From contig NC_134472.1 in assembly GCF_964194025.1 (NCBI RefSeq), forward strand, positions 36,642,001 to 36,706,000: a DNA stretch of 64,000 bases. Reading direction: 5' to 3'. Within the stretch, counting starts at the first letter, position 1. Every line of letters begins with the position of its first letter. This DNA is from Convolutriloba macropyga (taxonomy: Eukaryota). The notes under the pieces were generated by a model, which was not told where the DNA came from, ran no database searches, and saw only the letters and a program-made list of their open reading frames with translations. This document shows, in pieces, positions 38,001 to 49,789 of this stretch. Made by a program: the position numbers and the translations under genes.

Positions 38001-41000
38001 AGATTTACTCACTGCAGTTTGTCTAACTGCCAACCTCGACTACCATAATCAGTTTTGTCTAGCTCTGCGTCAATGGCAATAGCGTTAACAAAAGCCGTTT
38101 GTTCATCGTCTTCTGTGTTTATGCGCGACAGACAGTCAGCGTGTGGGATTTTTTTGCCTGCTCTATGCTTGATGTCAATGATAAATTGCCCAAGTTTCTC
38201 TATCCATCTTGCAACTATAGCGTTTCGTTCCTTAAAACTACAGATACAGACAAGGGCTCGGTGGTTCTTTATAATTAAAAAGTGCTGACCAAGAAAATAG
38301 TTTTAAAAAGTTGAGTAAAATGAACGATTTCAAATAATTCCCTCTTAGTGGCTGAATAATTTCGCTGACTTTTACTCAGAGTCTCGCTAGCAGATGCAAT
38401 AACTCTATCCTCCGTTCCTAGCTTTTGGGTAAGAATTGCTCCAATTCCTGTCAACGAAGCATCCGTAGTTAATGTACACGGATCCCTATCGTTTGGATAT
38501 CCTAAAACTGGGGCGTCCAAAAGCTTTTTTATAACTCGGTTACCGCATTTTCACACTCTGTACTCCATTCAAGTTTATTTGGCTTATTCAGCAAACTGTA
38601 AAGAGGTTCTGCTGCTTTTCCGAAACCTGGAATAAATTCCGATAATAGCCCACAAGGCCTAGAAGGGCCCTGGCGTCCTTCAGGGATGATGGTTCTTTCA
38701 TTCTTTCTACCGCTCTTATTTTTTCTGGGTCGACCTCAACAAGCGGATATATAGTGCCCCAAGAAGCTGAAACGTTTTTGGAAAAAATTGAATTTTGATC
38801 CCTTAATCTTTTATCCATTCTCCGTTAAACGTTGGAAAACCACTTCTAATCGTTTCAGATGTTCGTCGAAATTTCTTCCGAAAACGATAACGTCTTCTAG
38901 ATACACTACAGCCATTTCGGAAAAGAAGCCAGTAAAAATGAACTCCATTAGTTTTTGAAAAGCACCCGGAGCAGACGCTAGTCCCATAGGGAGTCTTTTC
39001 CACTTATACAGGCCTAGAGGCGTTATGAAATCTGCTAAGATCTGACTCTCTTCCTCGATCGCCATCTGAAAGTATCCCGACAAGAGATCAATTTCCGAGA
39101 AGTTTATGTGTCCCTCCAGTGAATCATTAACCTCATTTATTCGTGGTAAAAGCCAGCATGTTTTTTCTATTTGTTTGTTCAGACCACGATAGTCAACAAC
39201 CAAGCGATAGGTTCCATCTCTTTTGATGTGCCAGTAATGAAGGTGCTGCCCAGTCGGAATGTGTTGTTTCGACTATGTCGTCTCGTTCCAATTCTTTAAC
39301 AATTTTTTTTCATGGCTTTTCTTTTCTCAAAGCTCATGCTGCCGTATGTACGTCTGAAAAGCAAAACATCTTTTTTTAATTTTGTTTCATGGTAAATTTG
39401 GTCGCAAAATTCCAAATCATTTGAGCTTCGCGAAAAAATTAATTCATATTTTGTGCAAAGTGAACTCACTTGTGTCTTTTCCTCGCAAGACAAGCTCATT
39501 GAACTTGAGTTCACATGCTTCTTCTCTATGAATCAAATTCATCTCTATGTTTTGTATCTTTGTCAGGGTTATTTTGTTGTATTCTTGAAATTTTTTCAAT
39601 GTTTTCCGCACAGGCGATTCTCGCATTTTTGTAAATTTTCTTTAGTTCTAATGTAAAAATCAGAACTCGAACCCATAAGACATCAACAACCATGTCATTC
39701 AGCGATCTCGCTACTAATAACTGTGATTTGTCTTCAAACTCTTTCATGGGTTCGACAATAATTTCTGTTCGCTGTGTTATGTTACCTTTATCATCGATAA
39801 TTTTGCATTTAGTGAAACCTTTGCAGCGACGAGGTGGTTCGTGATCCTCAGCAGCAATTAAAAACAGATTATTATTTTTTCGGTGTGATGGGACAATTGT
39901 AATGTTTTTCCAATTGTCCCGCAAAAGAGTTCGTTCTTTCTGAGGTTTAAATTACAGTCAAAATTATTTAAGAATTCCATGCCCAATAAACAAGGTCGTT
40001 ATCTACCAATTTTGGTCACTAGAAACTCTACTGTCATCTCAGATGTAATTTTTTGAAGTTTGACCTGAATAGCTGTTGACCATTTTACAAGAATTTTTCT
40101 ATTGTTGGCAGCTATTATATTTTTATTGCACACTCTGATCTGGCTCGGTTCTCCAAGTTGCTGGTAGAGTGTGTCGCTTAAAAGTTTAACAATACTATCA
40201 ATTAAGGCCATTATCAGTTTGTCTTTTATCATTATTTTGGCAAACAAGGCCTCCAATGGCTGTTTCTGCCACGCAAAGTTTTTACGCAGCTACCTGAAAA
40301 TGCTCGTTTAAATGCAATTCTGTTTGAAATGATTTAAACTCCCACATTCAAAACATTTCTTGCATTCCTTAGATGCATGGTTTCGCTGACCGCAACGGCA
40401 ACACTTTTCTCTCTCAAAACTAACCGCTGTCTTTGACTTCTCGGCACCGATTTCGGCTTCTGTTCTCGCCTCCTGGTGTTGGCAATCGCGCTCTACTGTC
40501 GCCAACGGTTCTTTTATTAACAGCTCTGCTTCTGTTATAGTTATTATAGTTTCTATTTTTTTTCTCCGGCTTCTCTTGAACAACGCTCACTTCCGCGCAG
40601 AAACTCTTTTGGGCTCGCTCCTTGGGATGGAAACTCTTGATTACCTTACCTGTTAGATTGAGTAACTGTTAACTTTTCATCTAATTGACATCTGTTAACT
40701 TTTCACTCGGCTGTTGGACTCTCCTAACTATCCTCCCCCGGAAAACTACAAAATTCTCATTATACTGCTGTCTGAAGGCTTTTACGGTCTCACCATATCT
40801 CCTCCTAATGTCCTCCTGAAAGTGTACGATAGAAATCAGAAGCCGAATTTTGTAGCTTTAACGAAAAATAATTGATTTCCGTTCATCAATTTCGGTTTCA
40901 GCGCCGTTTTTTGTTTCTTTTTTGCCACTTCTGAAGTTGTGACAAAGATTAAAAAGTGTAACATAACTTTCAAAATTATTCGAACCCGTAAAACAGCGTT

Positions 41001-41471
41001 TTTGAGGAGTACCGCGCCATCAGTGTTTTTCTTAAAGCTGCTATTTTTCAAATTATTTTTATAATTATGTTCGAAACCCGAACTACTTATTGACACTCTA
41101 AATCAGCGGCTTTTGAATCTCATTGACACTGAGTTTTTTTCTTGAAAAAATTCAAAAATTTCGAGGTTCAATGGTGTATTTTAAGTCAAATTAGCTCGAA
41201 TTCATATTCACTTGATTTTGAACGCTGTTTTATTATCAAAAAAACATGTACCAACCGATTTACGATATTCGAAATTTTATGGAGTACTCACTTGAATGTT
41301 CAAAGATGGCAGTGTTCCTTGTCAAATCCCGACACCAGTTCAAAATTCCTCTTTCGGGTCATGATGTTAAGACGTCAGACTCGTGTCGAAAGTTGATTTT
41401 CAAACAAAAAAAAGATTTCTTTTAGAAATCAGTACAACGCTCAATATTAAATGATGGTGGTTTTCTATTTA

Positions 41472-41490
41472 CCTTTAATCTCTGTCGCCA
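41472..41490 (-). promoter_or_regulatory. Primer-binding site of the Gypsy element
   Basis: TGGCGACAGAGATTAAAGG lies 1 nt after the LTR end and is absent beside the other LTR copy. Confidence 0.75.
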
Positions 41491-41491
41491 C

Positions 41492-41923
41492 TATAGTAGC
41501 CGCCCGCGTGCAGTACTCTATGTCTTTGGCTAATTGAGATTGGTACTTGGTTAAAATGCAAAGTTAGAAGTTAAATTGTTAGGTAGATTATGGTTAAAAA
41601 ATTTGGTTTAAATAAACTAAGATTTAATAGAGTGGTTAGCTCTGACGGTAAGATTGGTGTTCAATGAATGAATATAATCCTCATTTAGTTTGGTACCCAA
41701 TATCCGTTCTATCTTCGTGGTAAATTACCAAGTCAACAAAGATATGTCAGTTTTGTTGATTTCACTCGAAGCCATAGCTTTGTCTAATCACAGGTCTATT
41801 TTCTTTTCTGACACCTATCAACCTTGTGTCAGCCATAAATCAGGTAATAAATCAAGTTTTAAACTAAATTTTTAACCTTGAAACCCAAGGTTTTTAGTAC
41901 ATCTTCTCTATATACGTGTGACA
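41492..41923 (-). repeat. 5' LTR (432 bp) of the Gypsy element
   Basis: Direct repeat of 28689-29120, adjacent to the PBS. Confidence 0.87.
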
Positions 41924-44830
41924 CTCAGAATTCAAAAACAGTGCAAAACAAATTGTATGATGTTCAAAGAGCGTTTCCAAAATTTGTTGAAAGTGCTTCA
42001 AACCAGGCAAACAATACTTTTCAGTAAGGGATCCTTCTCCTTCTTCTCTAAATTCTCATCGCCCTGATAGCTGTTGTAATTCTATTTTGACAAATAAAAC
42101 TATTTTCTCTGTCAACATTCGGTCTTTAAATTATTTTTTTGACAAAATTCAATAAAATGTCACCCGAACCTTCAAATATACTATTATTTGTCTGGTTGGA
42201 GGTCTCGCAGAGACCTGGGTGGAGGACAAATTGAAAACAATTCGTTTCAAAGTCGATAACTTCATATTTTCAACCGTTGTCACGTTAGCAAACATCAGAG
42301 CGCTGGTATATATGTGCATGACTCTATTAAAGTTGATGTAAATGACATTGAGTTTGAAAACATTTTACTGCTGAAAATTACGATTTTTTGAAAATATTGT
42401 TTTTTTCGGGCTGTGTTCAATTTGTCATCCAACTCTAAAGGGAAGTTCATTGAGGACGTTTATAGGTTTCTGGAAGAATTCTCTACAAATTTTGAATGCT
42501 TATACTGAGTGGGTGATATGAACATCGATCTACTCAAGCAAGACAGCCTAACTGAAAAGTACACGAATCGTCTCATAAATTACGCTGTGGAACAAATCAT
42601 TGCTGAAGCAACTCGGATCGGAGAGAGATCATCTCTTCTGATTGATCATATTATTTGTAAAAGAATTACGTTTTTGAATAGCGAAGTTATTCCAAAACAA
42701 TAACCGATCACTACGCTACATCCGTCATCACGCTCTATGAAGTTCGCAGCAATCAACGAAGCTTGCGAAAAAAGGAATTAGTTTTCTCCACAATGAAGCT
42801 GACCATAGCAAAATGTTGCATGATCTCGAAAGACAGTTTTATAGTGTAGAGTATTACGTTCTTGTGTAGAGAATTATGTCCTTTCAAAATTGTTCTTGTG
42901 TCTCTCATCCAAAGTTATACAACAAAAAAGACAATAAATTCTCGTATGAAAAAAAGTACCCTGTTTTGATAAGGAAGTTGACAAGGAAGAAATAGTAAAA
43001 TCAAAAACTCAAGAAATTAATTTAAAAATTCCTTGCGGAACTCAAAATGGCCAGGAAAGTGGTCAACAGCTTAGCCGCCAATAAAAAAAACAATATTATA
43101 ACAATATGGTCATCGGTACAAATTAAACAAAAGGCAATATGTTCAGAGACATCAACGAATTAACCGGTAACCGGGAAGAAAACAAACAAATCTCACTTCT
43201 AATCGATGGTGGCGATACTGTTGATGATGGTGGAACCGTAGCAGATTTGTTCAATGAGTATTTAACTATCATTGCTGGCGATCAACTAGAACAATTTGAT
43301 CATACTTGGATGAAATTTAGTTTTGCACCAGCCCTAAATTCAATATTTCTTTTTCCAGTGGGTAACAGAGAGGCAGAGAAATTCTTTACCGCACCTAATC
43401 CTAATAAATCAACTAGACTCAATGGTCTCTCTGTGAAAAAACTGAAATCTATGCTTCCGGTGATCTCACAACACGTAACTATGACTTATAAATAGTTCAA
43501 TTTCCCGTTGTGTTCTTCCAGATCGTCTCAAAAAAGGCACGCATAACTCCGTTTTTCAAAATAAACTCAATGTTTGAAGTGAGCTATTATGGACCAGTAT
43601 CAATCTTGCCTGCCGTTAGCAAAGTCATCGAACGAGCTATGTATACAAGGTTGTAGAGCTTTATGAACTTATGATTAAATGAAAATTAATTGAATTTTTG
43701 AATTATATATATTATAGTATTGGTAATCGCAGAGATATTTGAGAAACTACGATTTAGCACGTCAACCAAACAGTTTTGTGTTTTTCTTGACATTAGTAAT
43801 GCATTCGATACCGTTATTCATGGTTTGAATTTTGAGAAACTGGAAAAATATGGTGTCAGAGGAGTCCTTTTGAGTTTCGCAGTTTTTTCTTGAACCGGCA
43901 ACAGACTGTGTTCATCAATGGAGCCCTATCAGATTTCAAAGTAATCAGTAGCGGTGTGCCACAAGGGTCAATACTATACTCGGCCCTTTCTTTTTCAATA
44001 CTTATACAATCGACTTTTTAGTAGTTGCAAATATTTGAATATGTATATGTTAGCGGATGATACAACACGTATGTACTTTGCAAAAACTTTGGATGACAGA
44101 TGCATTGGTTCTGACATTGTTTGCCTGCAAAATTGGATCATTTGTAATCAACTGTCAACCGCTGACAGATATTAGGCTTCAAAATGAAAGGTTGAAAAAC
44201 GCAGGTTCTGTAAAGTACCTGGGCATTCACTTAGACTAAAACCTTTCTTTGGACGTTCATGTTGATAGGAGTCTAAAACGCTCGTCAATGCAAGTGTTTG
44301 TGGTTGCAGGAATCAGGACATTCGTGAGTAGAAACGTTCTCATTTTTTATTAACGTTCCTTTATCGAGCCGATAGTTCGACATGGTCTTTTAACCTATGA
44401 ATGTACAACATCTTCTAAGTTACGTTGAATCTATAAGGTGCAAAGAAAACTGCTTAAGTTGATATTTTCAGAAAACAGAGAGAAAATGCATCTTGCGTTT
44501 TCTCAGAATCTACTATCCTAAGTGTATACTATTTATACATTCTGGAAGTAGAGAAATTTGTTTTGAAATCGGCCAATTCGAAACAGCCTACTTGGTGTCT
44601 GATTAGCCTTTATCAGCGTGACGTGATGGATTGCCTTACCTCGAGGAGCGTCCCATCAGGCCTCTTCAGGAAACCATGCCTGAATAAATCCTCGGATAAA
44701 AACTCATTGGCCTGGAGAGGATGCTTTCTGTTAAAATACTTGATTAGTTATGGCTTTATTTTTGATCTCTTGTTTGAGGGGACGAAACATTATTAAGACA
44801 TTCAATAGGTCATCCCATGGTTTTGTTAAT
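41924..44830 (+). mobile_element. Decayed CR1/L2-group LINE ORF2 (APE+RT)
   Basis: SVNIRSL, GLAETW, VGDMNIDLL, LIDHII, TDHY; PVSILP..KVIERAM, FLDISNAFDTV.H, GVPQGSI, LADDT, KYLGIHLD. Confidence 0.9.
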
Positions 44831-45569
44831 GAAAAAAGAATTTATTCGATACCCTGTTCTAGTATGAGTTCATTTTTTATTTTTTATTTTGTACTAAGCT
44901 TATCTGTAACTATTGTGGGGCTTCTAACTTCTGTGAGACCATTTCTCAGAGGAGGTCTTTTTCTGGTGCTTTGCAATTTCTTTTAGAATGCAAAAAGTTA
45001 ATTGAAGTGTATAACAGAAAAAATATAACTTCTTCAAACTATTTTAATAATAACTTTCTAAAAACATAAGCTTTCTTAATATCCCCGATAATTAACACAA
45101 AAATTGCAATTCAAAATATGAGGAAAAACTATTTCATATTGCAAAACCTGACAAAAACTCAGAAAGAATTATAAATAGAATCATAGAGAACATATTTTAA
45201 CGGTATTTTTCTACCTTGAATCCACCCACGTACTTTCATTAGATGCATTATTATAATTGGAAGTAATGCTTATAAGCCAAAACTATTCTAGCTGAGTCTC
45301 CCTCTTGCTGACGACTAACCTTGAGAAGGATACAAATTTCACAAGGCCAGACAAAAACTCAGAAAGAATTATAAAAAGAAATTTAAAGAAATTTTTTTCT
45401 CTTTTCTAGCCTTCAACCTTGAGTCCACCAAATCACGTTCTTATAAGTGCAACCAAAACTATAATTGAAGGTAGTTTATATGCACTAGAATTAGTCCAAA
45501 AAAGCCGTTCCCTTTGAAAAGACTTGAGGAGAGACACAAAATTACAAAATTTAGAAAGGACTTGATGTG

Positions 45570-48060
45570 GAAAGGTTCATTGATTACGCTTACTGAAAAC
45601 AGCGTGTAAATATTTGCAACCAATTGGCTCAACCACTACAGTTAGAGGGACTGGCAAATGGCTTTTGCATCCATATGTTTCCAAAAATATCAATAAACTG
45701 ATCTTAGTTGAGCTGAACGCATGTGATTTTTTTGATCTACGTGATGCTTGAACTAGGCAGGAGAAAATTGTTTTTGTGCTGATCTTCATCCATCAATAGA
45801 TTGCGCACAACAATTTCAATAAATTCTAAAAGCATATACAACAGTTGAGAAGACATTATGAATCAATCTTTTAGCGTTTCCACGTTCAAACAAACTAACC
45901 ATGATCTAGACAACCAGAAGCAAAGGTTATTTCTGCAATTGGGATTCAATTAACGTTTGTTATTTGAAAACCAAAGGGTCCGATCTAATCTTGGCTCAAA
46001 CAAAAAGAAACAATTCATGCCATGAGTACATTCAAGGAGACCAAGGAGACTTCCATCGGATTGCAAAAAAAACCCAAAATTCAGGAAAAAATCATCAACT
46101 GAATTACAAAGATTTTTTAAGGTCTTTAAGTTTGATACCATAAAACCTTGAGTCCCACAAATTACAATTGTATACATGCAACCAACAATATACGTAAAGT
46201 TAAATTTTATGTACCAGAATCAGTCCAAAGAAATTCCTTCCTGTTGAAGACTAAAAATTGGGAGAGATACGGAATTCCCAGGTGACTTTTTATTGCATGC
46301 TTTGACTAATAATTTTAGTGAAAACATCATGAAAACGTTTTTCAACCAATTGGCGCAACCGCTACAGTAAAAGAGAAACTGGCAAATTGCTTTTGCTTCG
46401 TTAGCCTTCCACAAAATATCAATTAAGTGAACTCAACTGTGCTAAATGAATATTCTCTTTCTGCTATAAATTGATGCTTCAAACGAATACGCAGAACAAC
46501 TTTATTAAATTTCAAAGGCATATACAACAGTTGGGAAGACCTTTTGAAAAAATATTTCAGCATTGTCATGTTGATAAGAATTGACTATGCTCTAGACAAA
46601 GTGACGCAAAAGCTGGTTCTGCCATTCAAATTCTACAAAGCATTGGCATTTGATGACCAGGAGTTCAAAAGTTTTTTGTCCTTTGGCAACAAATAGATGT
46701 TCACATTTTGGGTACAAGTATAATAGTCGCAGCCAAAACCCAAAAACAGCTCATTGAATAGACACATAGGAGACTTCATAGGTTACAGCTCTTACGGATC
46801 ACTGCTAATTTTTCGGTTAGGGACATTTTGTGATTAAAAGAATTCATTTATATTCAATAGAAAACGAAGCCATGTCGTGATTTACTGAGCAGAAGAATTG
46901 GTCGACTAAAAAACCATTTACAGTTACTTTTGAGAAAAGTGGGACCAGACGTATGTTGAAGATTTGTCTGAAATTGGGAATAATTTTAACAGGTCTGTAA
47001 ATCGTGTTGCCCAAATTGCATCTTATTAAATGTTTACAAAAAATCAGCACTTTCAATAAACCCGAGAACTAGCACAAAAAATTACAAATCAAAATCAGAA
47101 GAAACTTTTTTCGGATTGGAAAGATAGACAAAAGATTAAGAAAGAACTACAAACAGAACTATAAGGAGGAGGTTTTTACGCAAATTAAGTTTTGTATATT
47201 GTGTCCACTAACTTACATACTTATAGATACAGCCAACCTTATAATTTAAGGTAGTTTCTACCAGCCAGAAGCAGTGTAAATTGATGTCACTCCGGCATCT
47301 TTGCAAATTCGGCATCTTTCGTCCAAGACTAAAAATGGAGAAAGATGCCGAATTTGCAAATGACTTGATATTGATTGCATCAATAAAAAAATTTACTGGA
47401 ATCAACTCGGCAAAGTTTTGCTATCAATTGGCTCAACCGCTACAATTCGACGGATATTGGCAAGTGATTCTTGCTTCCATGTCGTTTCCGTCAAATATTA
47501 ATAACATGAACTCAATTGAGCTAAATGCTTATTTCTTACGCTATACTGTACTTGATGCTACACATGACCGTACAGGTTATCTTCGATTATCGTGCTGCAC
47601 TTGATGCTTTAAATTACCACAAAGGACGGCTTCGGAAAATTTCGAACGGCATATACAACAATTGGGAAGACATTTTCAAGGAAATTTTTCGCCTTGCCCC
47701 TAAAAAAAACGGACTATGATCTGGACAACGTGACGCGGAAGCTAGTTCTACGATTTGGATCCAATGAAGAAATTAAGACCATTTAAATTATGGGTACAAT
47801 AATATTGCTCACAGTTAAACCCAAAGCAACTACTTGATTAGACACACAGGCGACTTGCCAGCTGAAATCAGTTGCGGATCACAGCTACTATCTGTATACT
47901 TTGACATAATTGAAAATCAAAGAGTTGGTGATGTGAGATCTCCGGTTTTAAAAATCATTCTGAAAGACACTTTGGAAATGGGAGCTTGAACACAGTGACA
48001 CCCATACACGTCAAACCCTACACCTTTTTGGATTGCACGCCTATACTATCAAACAACATT
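45570..48060 (+). pseudogene. Three tandem decayed Polinton/Maverick minor capsid (penton) gene copies (~45570-45950, ~46300-46830, ~47335-48060)
   Basis: Best copy: NSAKFCYQLAQPLQFDGYWQVILASMSFP..ISNGIYNNWEDI..LLSVYFDIIENQRVGDVRSPVLKII. The DNA motif CAATTGGCTCAACCGCTACA..TGGCAA recurs at ~45621, ~46347 and ~47426. Confidence 0.75.
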
Positions 48061-48199
48061 TGGGCGCTGTAAACAAAAGCTGTAAACTGAGGCCGCAGAA
48101 GAATTTGGTCGTAACAAAAAATCGATAAATCTTCTATAAAATTGAACAAAGTTACAATCAGCCGAAAGTTAAAATAGAAGGTCTTCTGAAAAAAATAGT

Positions 48200-48386
48200 A
48201 GCTGACCAGAACTTCAACGGGGGACGGAAATTTACTGCAGATTGAGGGAGGGGGAACATTTTTGTTTTAGGTTATTTTCATTGGAGTAAAAAATTTGCTG
48301 CAAGTAACCGAAAACAAAATTGACCCCCCTCCCGTTGTAATCTCTGAATCTGCAGTAAATCCCCCCGTTGATTTTCTTGTCAGCTT
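48200..48386. mobile_element. Small MITE-like inverted-repeat element
   Basis: GCTGACCAGAACTTCAACGGGGG..TTTACTGCAGATT is inverted to AATCTGCAGTAAATCCCCCCGTTGATTTTCTTGTCAGC. Confidence 0.7.
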
Positions 48387-48627
48387 TTATCACTACTCAC
48401 CTCCTCTAGGACAAATCAGACAAATGTTTGCCGTGAATTAAGAAGCTTGAGAAACAGTGTATTCCTACACCAGACAGCAGATTTCGCAATTAAAGCATGA
48501 ATTTGTCTATGATTACCTTTGGTTGAATCCAAAATTACTTTAAGTCTCTAAACGCATATATTATCTCAAAATTTAGAAACTGCCGCAGCATAGTTTTCAT
48601 GAACAGTTTTCAGAAACTACCAACAAC

Positions 48628-49789
48628 CTAGCAAGAGCAGTCTTTGTTTTTGGAGTGCTCTTCCTTATTGCCGTCATTGTGGTCATTTTTATTTGCCTCC
48701 TTGTCATCTTCAGAGGCATCGTCGTCATTGTCATCGTTTTCGCCGTCATCATCGTTGTTGTCGGAGGCATCGTCGTCATCTTCAGAGGCATCGTCGTCAT
48801 CCTCATCGTCATCACCATCATCGTCAGAGGCATCGTCGTCATCGCCATCGTCATCTCGATGATCGCCAGAGGCATCGTCGTCATCGTCAGAGGCATCGTC
48901 GTCATCCTCATCGTCATCGCCATCATCGTCAGAGGCATCGTCGTCATCGTCATCTCCATGATCATCAGAGGCATCGTCGTCATCGCCATTGTTGCCATCG
49001 TCAGCGTCATGGTCATCCTCATCGTCATCGCCGTCATCGTCATAGGCATCGCCGCCATTGCCATCGTCATCTCTATGATCGTCGGAGGCATCGTCCTCAA
49101 CGTCATCATTTTCGTCCTCGCCCTCATCGTCAGAGGCATCGTCGTCATCTTCATTCGCATCGTCATCACTACCATCGTTAGAGGTATCGTCGTCATCTTC
49201 ATCGTCATCACCGTCATCGTCAGAGGCATCGTCGTCATTGTCATCATCGTCATCGTCGCCGTCGTCAGAGGCATCGACGCCATTGCCATTATCATCAGCG
49301 TTATCTCCGTCAGAGTCATCGTCCTCATCGTTATCATCATTCTCAACATCATCGTTGTCGTCGTCATCATCATCGTCAACATTGTCACCGCCGTCGACGT
49401 TGTCATCATCATTTGTGCCCTCCTTGTCATTGTCGGGCTCGCTCAATGATCCACAGTATTTGTTAAACTGACAAACAATTTTGTTCATCCTGTTATGACA
49501 TGGGACGTCATTCAGGGCTGTTTCAGAGCCCGATCCTTTGGGCTTTGTTTCCACACACCATTCGTTATTGTTGTCGTGGTTGTTGGGTTCGTCTTCCCAA
49601 AACAAACCATCAGGTATGTCAGCGCAGGTTGAAATACTGTGATACTGATTTTCCTCTTTGTCTGGACATCTAAACTCGGCTGAATTTTCTGCATATCCAA
49701 CGAAGTATTGTTCGCCCTTAAGTACGGTAAAATGATTCTCTAGCATATCTATTTCTTCCCTACTTTTCGGCTCGTAGAGGAGGCCATTC
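48628..49789 (-). CDS. Terminal exon of a C-type lectin domain protein with a ~250-aa aspartate-rich tail
   Basis: Acceptor TTTCATTTTAG at 49790. CTLD motifs L..PKSREE, YFVG, W...EPNN..EWCVE..LNDVPC..IVCQ. Then DDDDASDDDGDDDE-type repeats, ending KDCSC*. Upstream exons not resolved. Confidence 0.85.

Larger units (their letters stand above)
28689..41923 (-). mobile_element. Decayed Ty3/Gypsy LTR retroelement: gag-PR-RT-RH-INT plus env-like gene and J-domain gene
   Basis: 5' LTR 41923-41492; PBS TGGCGACAGAG at 41490. Two CCHC knuckles (CRCGQRNHASKEC, CFECGSLNHFKQNC); protease ALIDS; RT VVDYRGLN, LPMGLASAPGAFQ, YLEDVIVF; RNase H TDASLTGIGAIL, RNYSATKREL; integrase LHDSP..C..C, HSDQG, GPY..VHYDRLK. 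PPT AAGTGGGGGGCAG at 29765-29777. Confidence 0.93.

Noticed and set aside
48597-49471. Long alternative ORFs (Met/Thr-rich, Val/Ile-rich, His/Arg-rich, Ser-rich)
   Set aside because: Shadow frames of the GAT/GAC repeat; only the Asp frame is continuous with the lectin domain.
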